A stretch of DNA of 64,000 nucleotides, taken from positions 1 through 64,000 of the forward strand of contig JANOAV010000215.1 of the NCBI GenBank assembly GCA_031411295.1, in the 5' to 3' direction. Each line of letters begins with the position of its first letter. Position 1 is the stretch's first letter. The translations under genes and the position numbers were made by a program. Positions 10,429 to 20,394 of the stretch are shown here, in pieces. This DNA comes from Verrucomicrobiales bacterium (GTDB lineage Bacteria; Verrucomicrobiota; Verrucomicrobiia; Verrucomicrobiales; V1-33). Below the pieces are notes generated by a model. It made no database searches and had not been told where the DNA came from. It saw nothing but the letters and a program-made list of their open reading frames with translations.

Positions 10429-11592
10429 ATGAACACCACGATCCTATGCGGAGCCTGCTGGTTGGTCGGCCTGGGCTTTTTAAGTTTGCCTGCGGTGGGC
10501 CAGACCAATACGCCATCGCCACAGGCGAAGCTTGAATCCATCTGCCTCGGCAAGGATGGACGGTATTTCGTCACGGCGGGTTCAGGGCTGAAGTTCACTC
10601 CCTGGGGCTGCAACTATGATCACGATCGATCCGGCCGATTGCTGGAACAATATTGGGAGAAGGAATGGGACACGGTCGTGCAGGATTTCGCGGAGATGAA
10701 GGCGCTGGGAGCGAACACGGTGAGGATCCATTTGCAGGTGGCACATTTCATGAAGTCTGCGGGTGAACCTAATCAGGAATCACTCCGGCGTCTGGGCCGA
10801 CTTTTGGTGCTAGCGGAGCGGACGGGGCTCTACTTGGACATCACCGGTCTGGGCTGTTACGACAAGCAGGAGGTGCCGGCATGGTATAACGCGCTGGACG
10901 AAAGTCAGCGGTGGGAGGTGCAAGCGCGTTTCTGGGAAGTGGTGGCCAGGACGTGCGCCAACAGCCCGGCGGTGTTTTGTTATGACCTCATGAATGAACC
11001 GATCGTGACCGAGGACAAAGTAAATCGGGATTGGACTCCAGGCGCGTTGGGCGACCGTTACTATGTGCAACGAATCACGCTGGATTTTGCAGGACGCACC
11101 GTGCAGCAAATCGCCAAAGCTTGGGTGGACAAGCTCGCGACGGCCATCCGCCAGCAGGACGCGCGACACCTGATAACCGTGGGGGAGATCCCGTGGGCGC
11201 TGACTTTTCCCGGGGCCAAACCATTATTTCATGCGCCAGAAGTCGGCGGCAAGCTGGATTTCGTGAGCGTGCATTTCTATCCCAAGCAAGGCGAGGTGGA
11301 TCAAGCCTTGAAGGCCCTGGCGGTCTATGATGTCGGCAAGCCCATCGTGATCGAGGAAATGTTTCCCCTGAGCTGCTCACTTGAGGATCTGGCGCAATTC
11401 ATCGACCGCTCGAGCCCGCCTGCCACTGGTTGGATCAGCTTTTATTGGGGCGCAACCATCGCAGAATATAAACAGCCAAAGGGTAGCATCGCGGACGCCA
11501 TCACGGCCACTTGGCTGGAGTATTTTTCCAAAAAGGCACCGGAGATTCTGCGGCAGGACTCCAAAACACCCACTCCGGGCCCTCACGATTGA
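10429..11592 (+). CDS. Glycoside hydrolase, GH5/cellulase-like
   Basis: GANTVRIH, NEP acid/base, SVHFYP, IEE nucleophile; signal peptide; GGAGA upstream of ATG 10429. Confidence 0.85.
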   Translation: MNTTILCGACWLVGLGFLSLPAVGQTNTPSPQAKLESICLGKDGRYFVTAGSGLKFTPWGCNYDHDRSGRLLEQYWEKEWDTVVQDFAEMKALGANTVRIHLQVAHFMKSAGEPNQESLRRLGRLLVLAERTGLYLDITGLGCYDKQEVPAWYNALDESQRWEVQARFWEVVARTCANSPAVFCYDLMNEPIVTEDKVNRDWTPGALGDRYYVQRITLDFAGRTVQQIAKAWVDKLATAIRQQDARHLITVGEIPWALTFPGAKPLFHAPEVGGKLDFVSVHFYPKQGEVDQALKALAVYDVGKPIVIEEMFPLSCSLEDLAQFIDRSSPPATGWISFYWGATIAEYKQPKGSIADAITATWLEYFSKKAPEILRQDSKTPTPGPHD

Positions 11593-11722
11593 ACGGGGGT
11601 CGGTGGGGGATTTCCTATTAGCTGGATAGGGCAATTCCTGAGCAGAAATTTTTTAACCATACGAGCGTTATGCCAGTAAAATAATAGCGCAAATGTTAAA
11701 GATCTCCCAACACCTAGATTCC

Positions 11723-12982
11723 ATGACTAGCAAATTCCGTTTCCACTGTAACGCTTTTTCCTCCGCCTGTGCCTTCGCTGTTACCAGCTATTTCCCGAAG
11801 CCTTCAATGCTTGTCGCCTTTTGGTTTGGCAGTGTTCTGCTGGCCAGTGCCAAAGACGTTCCGGCCAAGGGGGAGTTCCCCAAGGTGGTTTATACCCACA
11901 AGCTGAACGCAGATCAGTCACCGTCCGACAAGGTGGAGGCCTTTACCCAAGAGGATGTGATTTATCTTTCCATGGAAATCAAGGGGAGGCCCAAGATCGG
12001 CAAGGCGACAGCCCAATTCTATTACTTGGAACAGTTGATCGATGAATCGACGGTTGATATGGCATCGATCTCCCCGGCCACTGCCAGTTCGAAAAGCGGA
12101 AATACCTTCATGGGTTTCCAACTGAAGCCGCCGAGCCCATTGCCAGTGGGAGTTGGGTGCCGGGCGGAACTTAGTTGGGATGGAAAATCTGTGGGCGCGT
12201 TTCCATTCAAAATTGCCGCACCCGAAGGGGCGCTTCCCAGCAGTATCTCGTCTGTAAAGTTAGCCAAAGGAGTCAACGAGGCTTTCGTGCCCCAGAACGA
12301 GACGAAGGAGTTCAGCCCACAGGAAAAGGTTTACTTGGTGGGGACGGGCAAGTTTGGCAAAGAAAGCAGATTCTGGGTGGATTGGTTTGTCGCGGGCAAA
12401 CTGGATGAGGAGGGAACCAAGTCATTCACGGTAAACGAGAACAAGGAGACCCTGCCGTTTTCGTTCTCATTCCTCCCGGCGGGAGGGTGGCCTGCGGGGG
12501 AGCATGAAGTTGTCATCATGTTGGATGGTAAGGAAGCTGTGCGAAACAAATTTACGATCAAGGCTGAGGTTGCCGATGGGTCCAAAATGAGTGAATTCCA
12601 GAGAGGTCTGAGAGAGTTAGCGAATGAGTTGCAGGCGAACAAAACGATTCAGGTGCGCAAAGTGACCTTGTTCAAAGATGATGGATCGGGGAAACCAGGC
12701 GCAGCAGCGACCGAGTTTACGACCAAGGATCTTCATCTCCACGCGGAGTTCTCGTTGGATCTTCCGGTGAATGTCAGCGGAGCTAAGGTGGTCTGGACGA
12801 TTGTTAAAACGGGCAAGCTTGAAAATCATCCATTGGCGACGGTGGATGTGGCAGAGAAAGGGCTGAAGGATTTCGTGGCGTCGGATCTAAAGAGCGAAAG
12901 CGCATTGCCGGCGGGAGATTACAAAGTGGAACTCCTCAAAGCCGGCCAGGTGCTGGGCAGTAAAGCATTTCAAATCAAGTAA
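11723..12982 (+). CDS. Secreted protein with three repeated beta-sandwich domains
   Basis: Three similar units with F-x-x-x-[ED]-x-[IVL]-[YH]-L and terminal G-x-x-x-x-x-x-x-F-x-I pattern; start uncertain (11693/11723/11807). Confidence 0.65.
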   Translation: MTSKFRFHCNAFSSACAFAVTSYFPKPSMLVAFWFGSVLLASAKDVPAKGEFPKVVYTHKLNADQSPSDKVEAFTQEDVIYLSMEIKGRPKIGKATAQFYYLEQLIDESTVDMASISPATASSKSGNTFMGFQLKPPSPLPVGVGCRAELSWDGKSVGAFPFKIAAPEGALPSSISSVKLAKGVNEAFVPQNETKEFSPQEKVYLVGTGKFGKESRFWVDWFVAGKLDEEGTKSFTVNENKETLPFSFSFLPAGGWPAGEHEVVIMLDGKEAVRNKFTIKAEVADGSKMSEFQRGLRELANELQANKTIQVRKVTLFKDDGSGKPGAAATEFTTKDLHLHAEFSLDLPVNVSGAKVVWTIVKTGKLENHPLATVDVAEKGLKDFVASDLKSESALPAGDYKVELLKAGQVLGSKAFQIK

Positions 12983-13033
12983 AGCAATCCGCCCACCAAG
13001 CCCTGGGCTTCATGGGCCAGGCTCCCATCAACG

Positions 13034-13702
13034 ATGAAAAATATCCCTGTGCAATACGCGATACCAAGTCGGCAAGTAATGGTCATCATCGGCGGCACGT
13101 GCGTGCTAGTCGGCGGGATCATTGCCATGGCCCTGTCGTTGGATTCGCCAAAAGTGGCTGCCTTTCTGGCGCTGGTCGGTATCGTGTTGTTTATCTGGTG
13201 GATGGTCCGCAGCGTCTATGGCGATGGGCTTGCTAGCTTGGATGAAATTGGCCTCGAAATTGTCCCCCTGCGCTCTTGTTTTTGCGGTGGCGCTGGGCTG
13301 GTTCGCATTGGCTGGGATCAAATTGACCGGGTTGAGGTAGGGGCCACGAACGCACCGAACTCTCCCAAGCTGTTTGTGACCCTGCGGGTTCGCGCACCGA
13401 GACGCTCGTGGATCATGGTCCTGCGGCGGGCCGAGGATGCGGAGTTTCCCCGAAGGGTGCTGGAACTGACGAATGCGGTGCGAGGTCAGGTCGGCAGTGC
13501 GCCGCTGGTGGCCGAGAATCCCTACGATTCTCCCGGGTGGAAATTTGCCTCGATCCTTTGTTTGATCTCGTTCTGCGGAGGGGTCGTGGCCTTCCTCGTA
13601 AGCGGCACCACTGGCGATCCTTACAACTGGGTGAGGGTCTTGGTTTTGGGGGCGTTTGCTTTTCCGCTGGCGCGGCAGGTTTTTGGGTCAAAGCAGGAAT
13701 GA
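13034..13702 (+). CDS. Hypothetical membrane protein (4 TM, possible bacterial PH-like middle domain)
   Basis: Two hydrophobic pairs flanking a soluble W-x-x-I-x-x-V segment. Confidence 0.65.
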   Translation: MKNIPVQYAIPSRQVMVIIGGTCVLVGGIIAMALSLDSPKVAAFLALVGIVLFIWWMVRSVYGDGLASLDEIGLEIVPLRSCFCGGAGLVRIGWDQIDRVEVGATNAPNSPKLFVTLRVRAPRRSWIMVLRRAEDAEFPRRVLELTNAVRGQVGSAPLVAENPYDSPGWKFASILCLISFCGGVVAFLVSGTTGDPYNWVRVLVLGAFAFPLARQVFGSKQE

Positions 13703-13727
13703 GGTTTCAACGCAACAGAACCGCGCT

Positions 13728-14057
13728 CTACGGCCAATTTACTAACCAACGCAGCGTAACCCCCATCAGCACGCTGGCGGCATTCGCCACGAAGCTCCAC
13801 CAGAGCGGAAACTTCATCCCTGCGAGACGCGCCATGCCCGCTTCCGTCAGCAGCGCAAAGCACTCTGCCGCCACAATCGTTGGACCATAGGGAGCGGTGG
13901 CCCATGGAAACGCAAACCAGACAATGGGATGCGTCAGCGTGCTGGCTCCTGCGGCCAGCAACCACCGGCGGCCCGCAGGCAAATTGCGTCCGGCGTATAA
14001 ATAGATGGGGATTTCCACCACCTGCGTCACCAGGAACGCATTGAACCAATCGATCAT
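13728..14057 (-). CDS. Small 4-TM membrane protein with intramembrane Glu/His/Asn
   Basis: TQVVE, THP, AECFALLTE, NAAS motifs; ATGA overlap with upstream gene. Confidence 0.75.
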   Translation of the reverse strand: MIDWFNAFLVTQVVEIPIYLYAGRNLPAGRRWLLAAGASTLTHPIVWFAFPWATAPYGPTIVAAECFALLTEAGMARLAGMKFPLWWSFVANAASVLMGVTLRWLVNWP

Positions 14058-15085
14058 GAGAGAGACTTGGTTGGACGCTGAATCAAGAGGATGGCGCAGG
14101 CCGCCAGTTCCAGATACCCGTGGAACAAAGCCAGTCGTAAATAACCCGACCGCGCTTCCGCCAGATCTACCACCGCCCAGACCGCCAATCCAGCAGCCAG
14201 GACTATCGCCACCCCTAACACCACTGAGCCCAGATCCTGCTGTAACGCCCGGAACGTAGCCCCGAACGGTCGTGGCGTGGGTTGCGCCCGATCATCTTCT
14301 GGGATCAGCCGCAGCCAAACGCCGTAATGCACCGCTTGGGCAAAGGCGAACAACAGCACCAGCCGCAGCGCCCAAGGTTCAGCCAGCCCTGCCGACATCG
14401 TTTCCAGATAGCCCGACACTGGCAGACTGGCCGGAGCCAGCCCCGCAAATGGCGTCAGGGGTGCTAACCAGCCAAATAGAATGGCCATCGTTCCCAGTAG
14501 AAACAGCACCGGCATGGCTCCGGCCAGCCAGCCCGTGCGCGGGCGCCAGAACCACCAGAGCATCACCGCAATGAAGTTGTGCAAATGGGCAAAGATCAGT
14601 TGCGACAGATCCCCCAGCAGCCACACCGCCAGCCCCATCGCTGCCACCAGCAGGGTCACCGCACACTTGCGGGACCACTGCCCCCGCGCGACCATCACCG
14701 CGCCGAGCGTTGCCACCAGGCCAAACGTCATCGGGTGGTAGCCTACTCCCGCCACCACCAACGGCACGCCCACCAGCAACCAAAACGCCTTCTGGCGGTG
14801 CCACCCTGGTTTAAACACCAGATAACGCAGGTCCGAGACCAGGTGCGGAATCCCCCAGACGATGGGCCCCAGCGCCAACAGCCAAAACGGAACTATCAGC
14901 GTGCCCGCCAACGCGATCAGCACCACCGTGGAGCCAAACACCGCCACGCGCAGCTCCCGCCGCCGAATGAAAGGCTTGATCCAAGGCGAAAGAGCCTTGA
15001 GCACTCGCACGCGCAAGTAATCAAGTCCGCGACAAGCCTGGGCAATAGGTGAGATGGAAGCAGCCACGGCTTCAAGGATATGCAT
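14054..15085 (-). CDS. Polytopic membrane protein with His motifs (Brp/Blh-like putative metalloenzyme)
   Basis: Multiple TM helices; GIPH..SD, HLHN, QAVHY, FHGYLE motifs. Confidence 0.7.
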   Translation of the reverse strand: MHILEAVAASISPIAQACRGLDYLRVRVLKALSPWIKPFIRRRELRVAVFGSTVVLIALAGTLIVPFWLLALGPIVWGIPHLVSDLRYLVFKPGWHRQKAFWLLVGVPLVVAGVGYHPMTFGLVATLGAVMVARGQWSRKCAVTLLVAAMGLAVWLLGDLSQLIFAHLHNFIAVMLWWFWRPRTGWLAGAMPVLFLLGTMAILFGWLAPLTPFAGLAPASLPVSGYLETMSAGLAEPWALRLVLLFAFAQAVHYGVWLRLIPEDDRAQPTPRPFGATFRALQQDLGSVVLGVAIVLAAGLAVWAVVDLAEARSGYLRLALFHGYLELAACAILLIQRPTKSLS

Positions 15086-15120
15086 TGACGGCAAACAGGC
15101 AAACAGGTAATTTCCCCATC

Positions 15121-15276
15121 ATGCAAACACTCCGTAGAATCTGTGCCTTCAGCGTCTTGATCCTTCTGGCCGATGTCGGCCCCAGTTGCGGCTCACGTCC
15201 CGGCCCCCGTCCAGAGCGACCCTCGTCCTCTGCCACCACCACGACTGCTAACCAACTCAACTCATGCGCCTCTTAG
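15121..15276 (+). CDS. Small secreted peptide A (51 aa), predicted mature N-terminus DVGP
   Basis: MQTLRRICAFSVLILLA-DVGPSCGSRPGPRPERPSSSATTTTANQLNSCAS; signal-like N-terminus; resembles the next ORF. Confidence 0.6.
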   Translation: MQTLRRICAFSVLILLADVGPSCGSRPGPRPERPSSSATTTTANQLNSCAS

Positions 15277-15428
15277 TGCTCAGCCTCTTCTCGCTTTCCC
15301 GCTTCAGCGTCGATATTGCCCCAGACAATCCGGGCCGCCCCGCTCCATCCTCCCCCGGCTGTAGTGCGAAACGAAACCAAGTCACCACCACGGCAACCGT
15401 GGCAATCGAAGCGAGGCATCAGAGTTAA
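15264..15428 (+). CDS. Small secreted peptide B (54 aa), predicted mature N-terminus DIAP
   Basis: Translated by hand: MRLLVLSLFSLSRFSV-DIAPDNPGRPAPSSPGCSAKRNQVTTTATVAIEARHQS; overlaps peptide A by 13 nt; stop abuts next ATG. Confidence 0.55.
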   Translation: MRLLVLSLFSLSRFSVDIAPDNPGRPAPSSPGCSAKRNQVTTTATVAIEARHQS

Positions 15429-15710
15429 ATGTCGATCGAGCTGGATGGATGTTTAGTGGAGTTCGTCTGGATCATCCTGCGAGTGATCGGGTATTGGACC
15501 GCATACCCCTTGTTAAAAATCGTCACTTGGGGTCGGCTTCGCATGGCTCCCTTGATTGATTTACCCAGAGCGGAGCGGATCCGGGGATTCGACTGGGACA
15601 TCTGGTCCTACCAGCTCTCCGAACCACGGCGTCTCAAGGCCGGCATCGTTTCTCTCATCGGCCTGGTGATCTGGGTGTTGGCGGGGTGGCTGTATTTCCG
15701 TTTTCGCTGA
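15429..15710 (+). CDS. Small 2-TM membrane protein
   Basis: Hydrophobic N- and C-terminal helices; ATG directly follows TAA of peptide B. Confidence 0.65.
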   Translation: MSIELDGCLVEFVWIILRVIGYWTAYPLLKIVTWGRLRMAPLIDLPRAERIRGFDWDIWSYQLSEPRRLKAGIVSLIGLVIWVLAGWLYFRFR

Positions 15711-15760
15711 GTGGCCAGCTTGCCAATTGCACGATGCCGGAAATCGTCCGAAGCTGCTGG

Positions 15761-17056
15761 ATGAATAATTCTTGGCAGAGCCGGGCGGTCTCGGCAGACG
15801 ACGTATTACGCCACTTGCGCAGTGGGATGAAGGTCTTTGTCCACGGTGCGGCAGCCACGCCGACCACGTTGCTGGATCGGCTGACGGCGCAATCCCATTT
15901 GGAGGACGTGACCTTTTACCATATGCACACCGAAGGAGCGGCTCCTTGGGCAGGCGCAGAAGGTGGTGGGCGTTTCCGCTCTGTTTCCTTCTTCACAGGC
16001 GAACCGCTGCGGGAGCCGATTGCGGCGGGATTGGCCGATTTCATTCCGGTGTTTCTTTCAGATATTCCGGGGCTCATTTCCAGCCGGCAAGTTCCGCTGG
16101 ATGCGGCCATCCTCCAAATCTCGCCACCGGATCGCCATGGCAATTGCTCGCTGGGAACTTCCGTGGACTGCGCACGGGCAGCGGCGGATTCTGCACCATT
16201 ACTGTTGGCTGAAATCAACCAACAGATGCCGCGGACCCATGGCTTCAGCCACGTGCCGCTTTCCCGTTTTGCGGCATTTGTGCACACGAACCGTCCGTTG
16301 CCAGAACACGCCCCGGAACCGGAAACACCAGTGATCGGAGCGATTGGCGATCATATTGCGGCTCTGGTGGAGGATGGCGCGGTGCTTCAGGCGGGGATCG
16401 GGGCCATTCCTAACGCCGTCCTCACGCGCTTGCATCACAAACGAGATCTGGGCATCCACACGGAAATGTTCTCGGATGCTGTGATCGATCTCGTTAATTC
16501 CGGAGCCGTGACGAATCGACTCAAGTCGGTGCATCCCGGCCGCAGCATCACCAGCTTCGTCAATGGTTCCCGGCGTTTGTATGATTTCGTTAACGACAAC
16601 CCCAGCGTGGAATTTCACCCATGTGATCGCACTAACGACACCAATCTTCTGCGGAAATTGGATCGGCTCACCGCCATCAATTCTGCCCTGGCCGTGGATC
16701 TCACTGGCCAGGTGTGTGCCGACTCGTTGGGTCATCGCATTTATTCCGGCATTGGTGGGCAAATGGATTTCATCCGTGGTGCCGCCCAAGCCAGGCACGG
16801 GAAACCCATCATCGCCCTGCCCTCCACCGCCAAGAACGGCACCCTGTCACGCATCTGCTGGGAACTAGCGCCCGGCAGTGGCGTCGTCACCACGCGCGGC
16901 CACGTCCACTGGATCGTGACCGAATATGGCGCGGTAAATTTACATGGCCTCACCCTGCGCCAACGCGCCGAAGCCCTCATCTCCATCGCCCATCCCGACT
17001 TCCGCCACGAGCTACAGCAGCAGTGTGCCGCCGTGCGCCATTTTACGTTCGGTTGA
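15761..17056 (+). CDS. Acetyl-CoA hydrolase/transferase family (4-hydroxybutyrate CoA-transferase-like)
   Basis: LQAGIGAIP, HTEMFSD, SGIGGQMDF, VTEYG motifs. Confidence 0.93.
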   Translation: MNNSWQSRAVSADDVLRHLRSGMKVFVHGAAATPTTLLDRLTAQSHLEDVTFYHMHTEGAAPWAGAEGGGRFRSVSFFTGEPLREPIAAGLADFIPVFLSDIPGLISSRQVPLDAAILQISPPDRHGNCSLGTSVDCARAAADSAPLLLAEINQQMPRTHGFSHVPLSRFAAFVHTNRPLPEHAPEPETPVIGAIGDHIAALVEDGAVLQAGIGAIPNAVLTRLHHKRDLGIHTEMFSDAVIDLVNSGAVTNRLKSVHPGRSITSFVNGSRRLYDFVNDNPSVEFHPCDRTNDTNLLRKLDRLTAINSALAVDLTGQVCADSLGHRIYSGIGGQMDFIRGAAQARHGKPIIALPSTAKNGTLSRICWELAPGSGVVTTRGHVHWIVTEYGAVNLHGLTLRQRAEALISIAHPDFRHELQQQCAAVRHFTFG

Positions 17057-17140
17057 CCCAGTGACGAGTTCAGCATCGCCACCTGCTGCGCCTCACTGAA
17101 CTCCCCTTGTGTCTTTTCTCCCATTGTGCCTTGGTGGCGG

Positions 17141-18343
17141 ATGTCCTCCCCCAGCCGTCTTAAACTCCGCCTTACCAAGTCCGCCGAACTTGCCATTCGT
17201 AAGGGACATCCATGGGTTTTTGCGGACCGGGTGAAGTCCCAGAATCGACCGGGGGAAGTGGGTGAGCTGGGCGTGGTCTATGATCACCAGGATCGCTTTC
17301 TGGCGGTGGGGTTGTTCGATCCCGGGTCCACGATTGCCCTGCGAGTGCTGCATGTGGGCAGTCCGCAAAACGTTGATGAAGCTTGGTGGAGCGCGCATTT
17401 ACAAAAGGCGCTGGATTTACGCCGCCCCCTCTTTGGAGAGGAGACCAACGGCTACCGTTGCATTAACGGAGAGAGCGATGGCTGGCCGGGATTGGTGTTG
17501 GATAAATATGCCGAACATTGTGTCCTCAAAATTTACACCGCCGCCTGGCTGCCGTGGTTGCCGATGCTGGAGCGACTCATCACGGCCCAGTTGGCCCCCG
17601 CCAGCCTAACCCTGCGCTTGAGCCGCAATGCCAAGGAGATCGCCCAGCGGCAATTCCAGGTAACCGAGGGACCACGCTTCGGCACCCCGCCCCAGCCGGT
17701 CATCTTTTCGGAAAACGGACTGCGCTTCGAGGCCGATGTGATCCACGGACAGAAGACCGGATTCTTCCTGGATCAGCGGGAAAATCGCCAGCGCGTCGAG
17801 AAACTGGCGCTGGGGAAACAAGTGCTCAATGCTTTTAGTTTCAGCGGTGGCTTCTCGCTCTACGCGGCGCGCGGCGGGGCGGAGCGGGTGGTGGATATCG
17901 ATATCAGCACCCACGCGCTGGAAAGCGCCCAGCGGAATTTTGCGCTTAACTTCCGGCACCCGCGCGTGGCCGCAGCCGTGCATGAATGCGTGCAGGCCGA
18001 TGCCTTTCAGTGGATGGAATCCGGCCCGGCTTGGAAATTCGACCTCATCATCTGCGATCCGCCCTCCCTGGCGCTGCGGGAGGATCAACGCCTCACCGCA
18101 GCGGCCGCCTACCAGCGGCTGAACACCGCCGCGCTGCTCCGCCTGACCCGACACGGCATTCTGGTGGCTGCGTCCTGCTCCGCTCATGTTAGTTCAGAGG
18201 AATTTTTCACCTCGGTCCGTCGGGCGGCGCATCAGGTAGGCCGACGCTGTTCCGAACTCTGGCTCACCGGACACGCGGCGGACCATCCGGCCACGATTCC
18301 CGAGGCCCGTTACCTCAAGTGCATCGCATTACAGATGGACTGA
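17141..18343 (+). CDS. rlmI: 23S rRNA m5C1962 methyltransferase (RlmI family)
   Basis: PUA-like GHPWVF, GESDGWPGL, GQKTGFFLDQRENR, DPPS, SCS. Confidence 0.85.
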   Translation: MSSPSRLKLRLTKSAELAIRKGHPWVFADRVKSQNRPGEVGELGVVYDHQDRFLAVGLFDPGSTIALRVLHVGSPQNVDEAWWSAHLQKALDLRRPLFGEETNGYRCINGESDGWPGLVLDKYAEHCVLKIYTAAWLPWLPMLERLITAQLAPASLTLRLSRNAKEIAQRQFQVTEGPRFGTPPQPVIFSENGLRFEADVIHGQKTGFFLDQRENRQRVEKLALGKQVLNAFSFSGGFSLYAARGGAERVVDIDISTHALESAQRNFALNFRHPRVAAAVHECVQADAFQWMESGPAWKFDLIICDPPSLALREDQRLTAAAAYQRLNTAALLRLTRHGILVAASCSAHVSSEEFFTSVRRAAHQVGRRCSELWLTGHAADHPATIPEARYLKCIALQMD

Positions 18344-18413
18344 GGATTGCCAAACGCTCCCTTTTCGTTTACACGGTCCTTTCGCTCCCTTCCTGCTCAA
18401 CCAAAAATTTACC

Positions 18414-18953
18414 ATGTCCCGTCCTCCAAGATTGAACAATCGTGGCTTCACCCTGCTCGAAGTCATGGTGGTCGTCGCTATTATTTCCGTGCTTTGTGTT
18501 CTCAGTTTCTCCATCTACCAGAAGTTAATTCGGCGGGCGGAGAATGCGAAATGCGTGGAACGGATGAAGAATATTCACGTGGCGTTGGCGACCTATACCG
18601 GCATCCACCAGAGCTGGCCGCAACTGCCAGCCAGTCTGGATGAGGCGGACGAAGAACAGCACTGGAAATTCTGGGTGGAAACGCTGGAGCCCCAGGGCGT
18701 GCCCGAGCGTGAGTGGCTCTGCCCCACGGACGACCGCCAGCGGAAAGCAGACTATGCCAAGGAAGGCAAGAAACGGGACCGCTACGAAGGCACCTATGTC
18801 CCCACGAATTTTGAAGAGGGCGCAGACATTCCATTCAAATGGCGGCAACCCTGGCTCATCGAGCGCGGAGATTTCCATGGCAACGGGATGAACGTCGTCT
18901 TTCCTGACGGTTCCGTGCAACCGTTCCCCAGCCTTGGCGCGGCCAAAAAGTAG
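18414..18953 (+). CDS. Prepilin-type N-terminal cleavage/methylation protein with H-X9-DG C-terminal motif
   Basis: RGFTLLEVMVVVAII; CPTD; HGNGMNVVFPDG. Confidence 0.92.
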   Translation: MSRPPRLNNRGFTLLEVMVVVAIISVLCVLSFSIYQKLIRRAENAKCVERMKNIHVALATYTGIHQSWPQLPASLDEADEEQHWKFWVETLEPQGVPEREWLCPTDDRQRKADYAKEGKKRDRYEGTYVPTNFEEGADIPFKWRQPWLIERGDFHGNGMNVVFPDGSVQPFPSLGAAKK

Positions 18954-18977
18954 CCTCCGCCATGACGTCCCCTGCCT

Positions 18978-19466
18978 ATGCCCAAGTCTGACCAAATCAT
19001 CGAACTCCGCTTTACCCGCTCCCGTCAAGCAGTGGTCATGATGGCCTGGGGCGTGGCCTTTTGGTTGATCAGCGTGGCCTTCATGGCAACCTACTATCAT
19101 AATTTCCACCGCCAAGCGTGGTGGTGGATTGTGGTGCCAGCCGTCCCAGCGTTGGTCTTTTGCTGGCTGGCGTGGAACCACCTGCGGCATCCGTATTTGG
19201 TGCTCACCCGAGTGGGCTTGGAAATTTATCCATTCTTCCTTCCCGCCCGCAATATGCACCTCGTGCTCTGGCAGCAAATCGCCCGGGCGGACGTCTCCAC
19301 TACCCCACCATTGTTAACGTTAACTAGGGCGGACCAGGAAGACGGCAAGATTTTCATCACCCTGGCCCCACTGCAACCACGCCAGCGCCAACTCTTGGCT
19401 CGCGCGCTGGAAGGCGTGCAGGAAATGCGGGAGAAAGTGAGCGCGGAAAAGGTGCCGGTGCCCTAG
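18978..19466 (+). CDS. Hypothetical membrane protein (2 TM plus soluble domain)
   Basis: Two TM helices, then PYLVLT..GLEI..W..I pattern. Confidence 0.7.
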   Translation: MPKSDQIIELRFTRSRQAVVMMAWGVAFWLISVAFMATYYHNFHRQAWWWIVVPAVPALVFCWLAWNHLRHPYLVLTRVGLEIYPFFLPARNMHLVLWQQIARADVSTTPPLLTLTRADQEDGKIFITLAPLQPRQRQLLARALEGVQEMREKVSAEKVPVP

Positions 19467-19484
19467 GTATAACCCTGTGCCTGC

Positions 19485-20285
19485 CTAGTCCAGTCCTTGT
19501 TCGCCTAGCAGAACGTTTTTCGAAGGGATTCTCACGCGGCGGAGATTGAATTGCGTAATCGCCTGCGCCCGCAGATGCTCCACCGCCTCTTCCACGGAAT
19601 TCGTCACGTAGAGTAAATCCAAATCCTGCGCATTGATCATCCCCTCATCCCGCATCCGGTAAATGGAGTCCATCACATCCGCCCAGTAATCACGGCCCAG
19701 CAGAATCACGGGAAAATTACGGATCTTCCCAGTCTGAATCAACGTGAGCGCTTCAAAGAGTTCATCCATCGTCCCCACGCCGCCGGGCATGACCACGAAG
19801 GCATAACTATATTTAATCATTAGCGTCTTCCGGGTGAAGAAATATTCCATTTCCACCATCGCATCGACGTAAGTATTGGGAGCCTGCTCGTGGGGCAGCT
19901 TGATATTGATTCCCACGGAACGCCCCCCCGCTTCCTTGGCCCCACGATTTGCCGCCTCCATGATCCCCGGTCCGCCGCCCGTCATCACTGTGAACCCCAG
20001 TTTCGCTATCCCCGCCCCCATGGCTCGGGCCAACTCATAATACGGCTGCCCCGGCTGCACCCGGGCCGATCCAAACACCGTCACACAGGGGCCCACGAAG
20101 TGAAAGGTGCGAAATCCCCGCAGAAAGTCCCGCACGATTTTCCCCAGCGTTTTCAGTTCCTGCCATCGGCCCTGCGGACCGGAGATAAAGGAGCGATCGG
20201 CAAACTCGACCTCGTAACGCTCCTCCTCCTTGATGGATTCTGGCGGGGCAGGAGGACATTCGGGCAGGGAGGTGGGAGGGCACAT
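19485..20285 (-). CDS. LOG family nucleotide phosphoribohydrolase
   Basis: VTVFGSAR, TGGGPGIMEAANRGA, FFTRK, PGGVGTMDE. Confidence 0.93.
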   Translation of the reverse strand: MCPPTSLPECPPAPPESIKEEERYEVEFADRSFISGPQGRWQELKTLGKIVRDFLRGFRTFHFVGPCVTVFGSARVQPGQPYYELARAMGAGIAKLGFTVMTGGGPGIMEAANRGAKEAGGRSVGINIKLPHEQAPNTYVDAMVEMEYFFTRKTLMIKYSYAFVVMPGGVGTMDELFEALTLIQTGKIRNFPVILLGRDYWADVMDSIYRMRDEGMINAQDLDLLYVTNSVEEAVEHLRAQAITQFNLRRVRIPSKNVLLGEQGLD

Positions 20286-20394
20286 AAGATGCTGAGTGTT
20301 CGCCCGCAGAGCTGATTTTGCCAATGGAAAATACCGGGCGGGAGCCCTCCAGTCTTTTCAGTTGTGACCCCAGTCGCTCTGGCCATGGTGCGCC

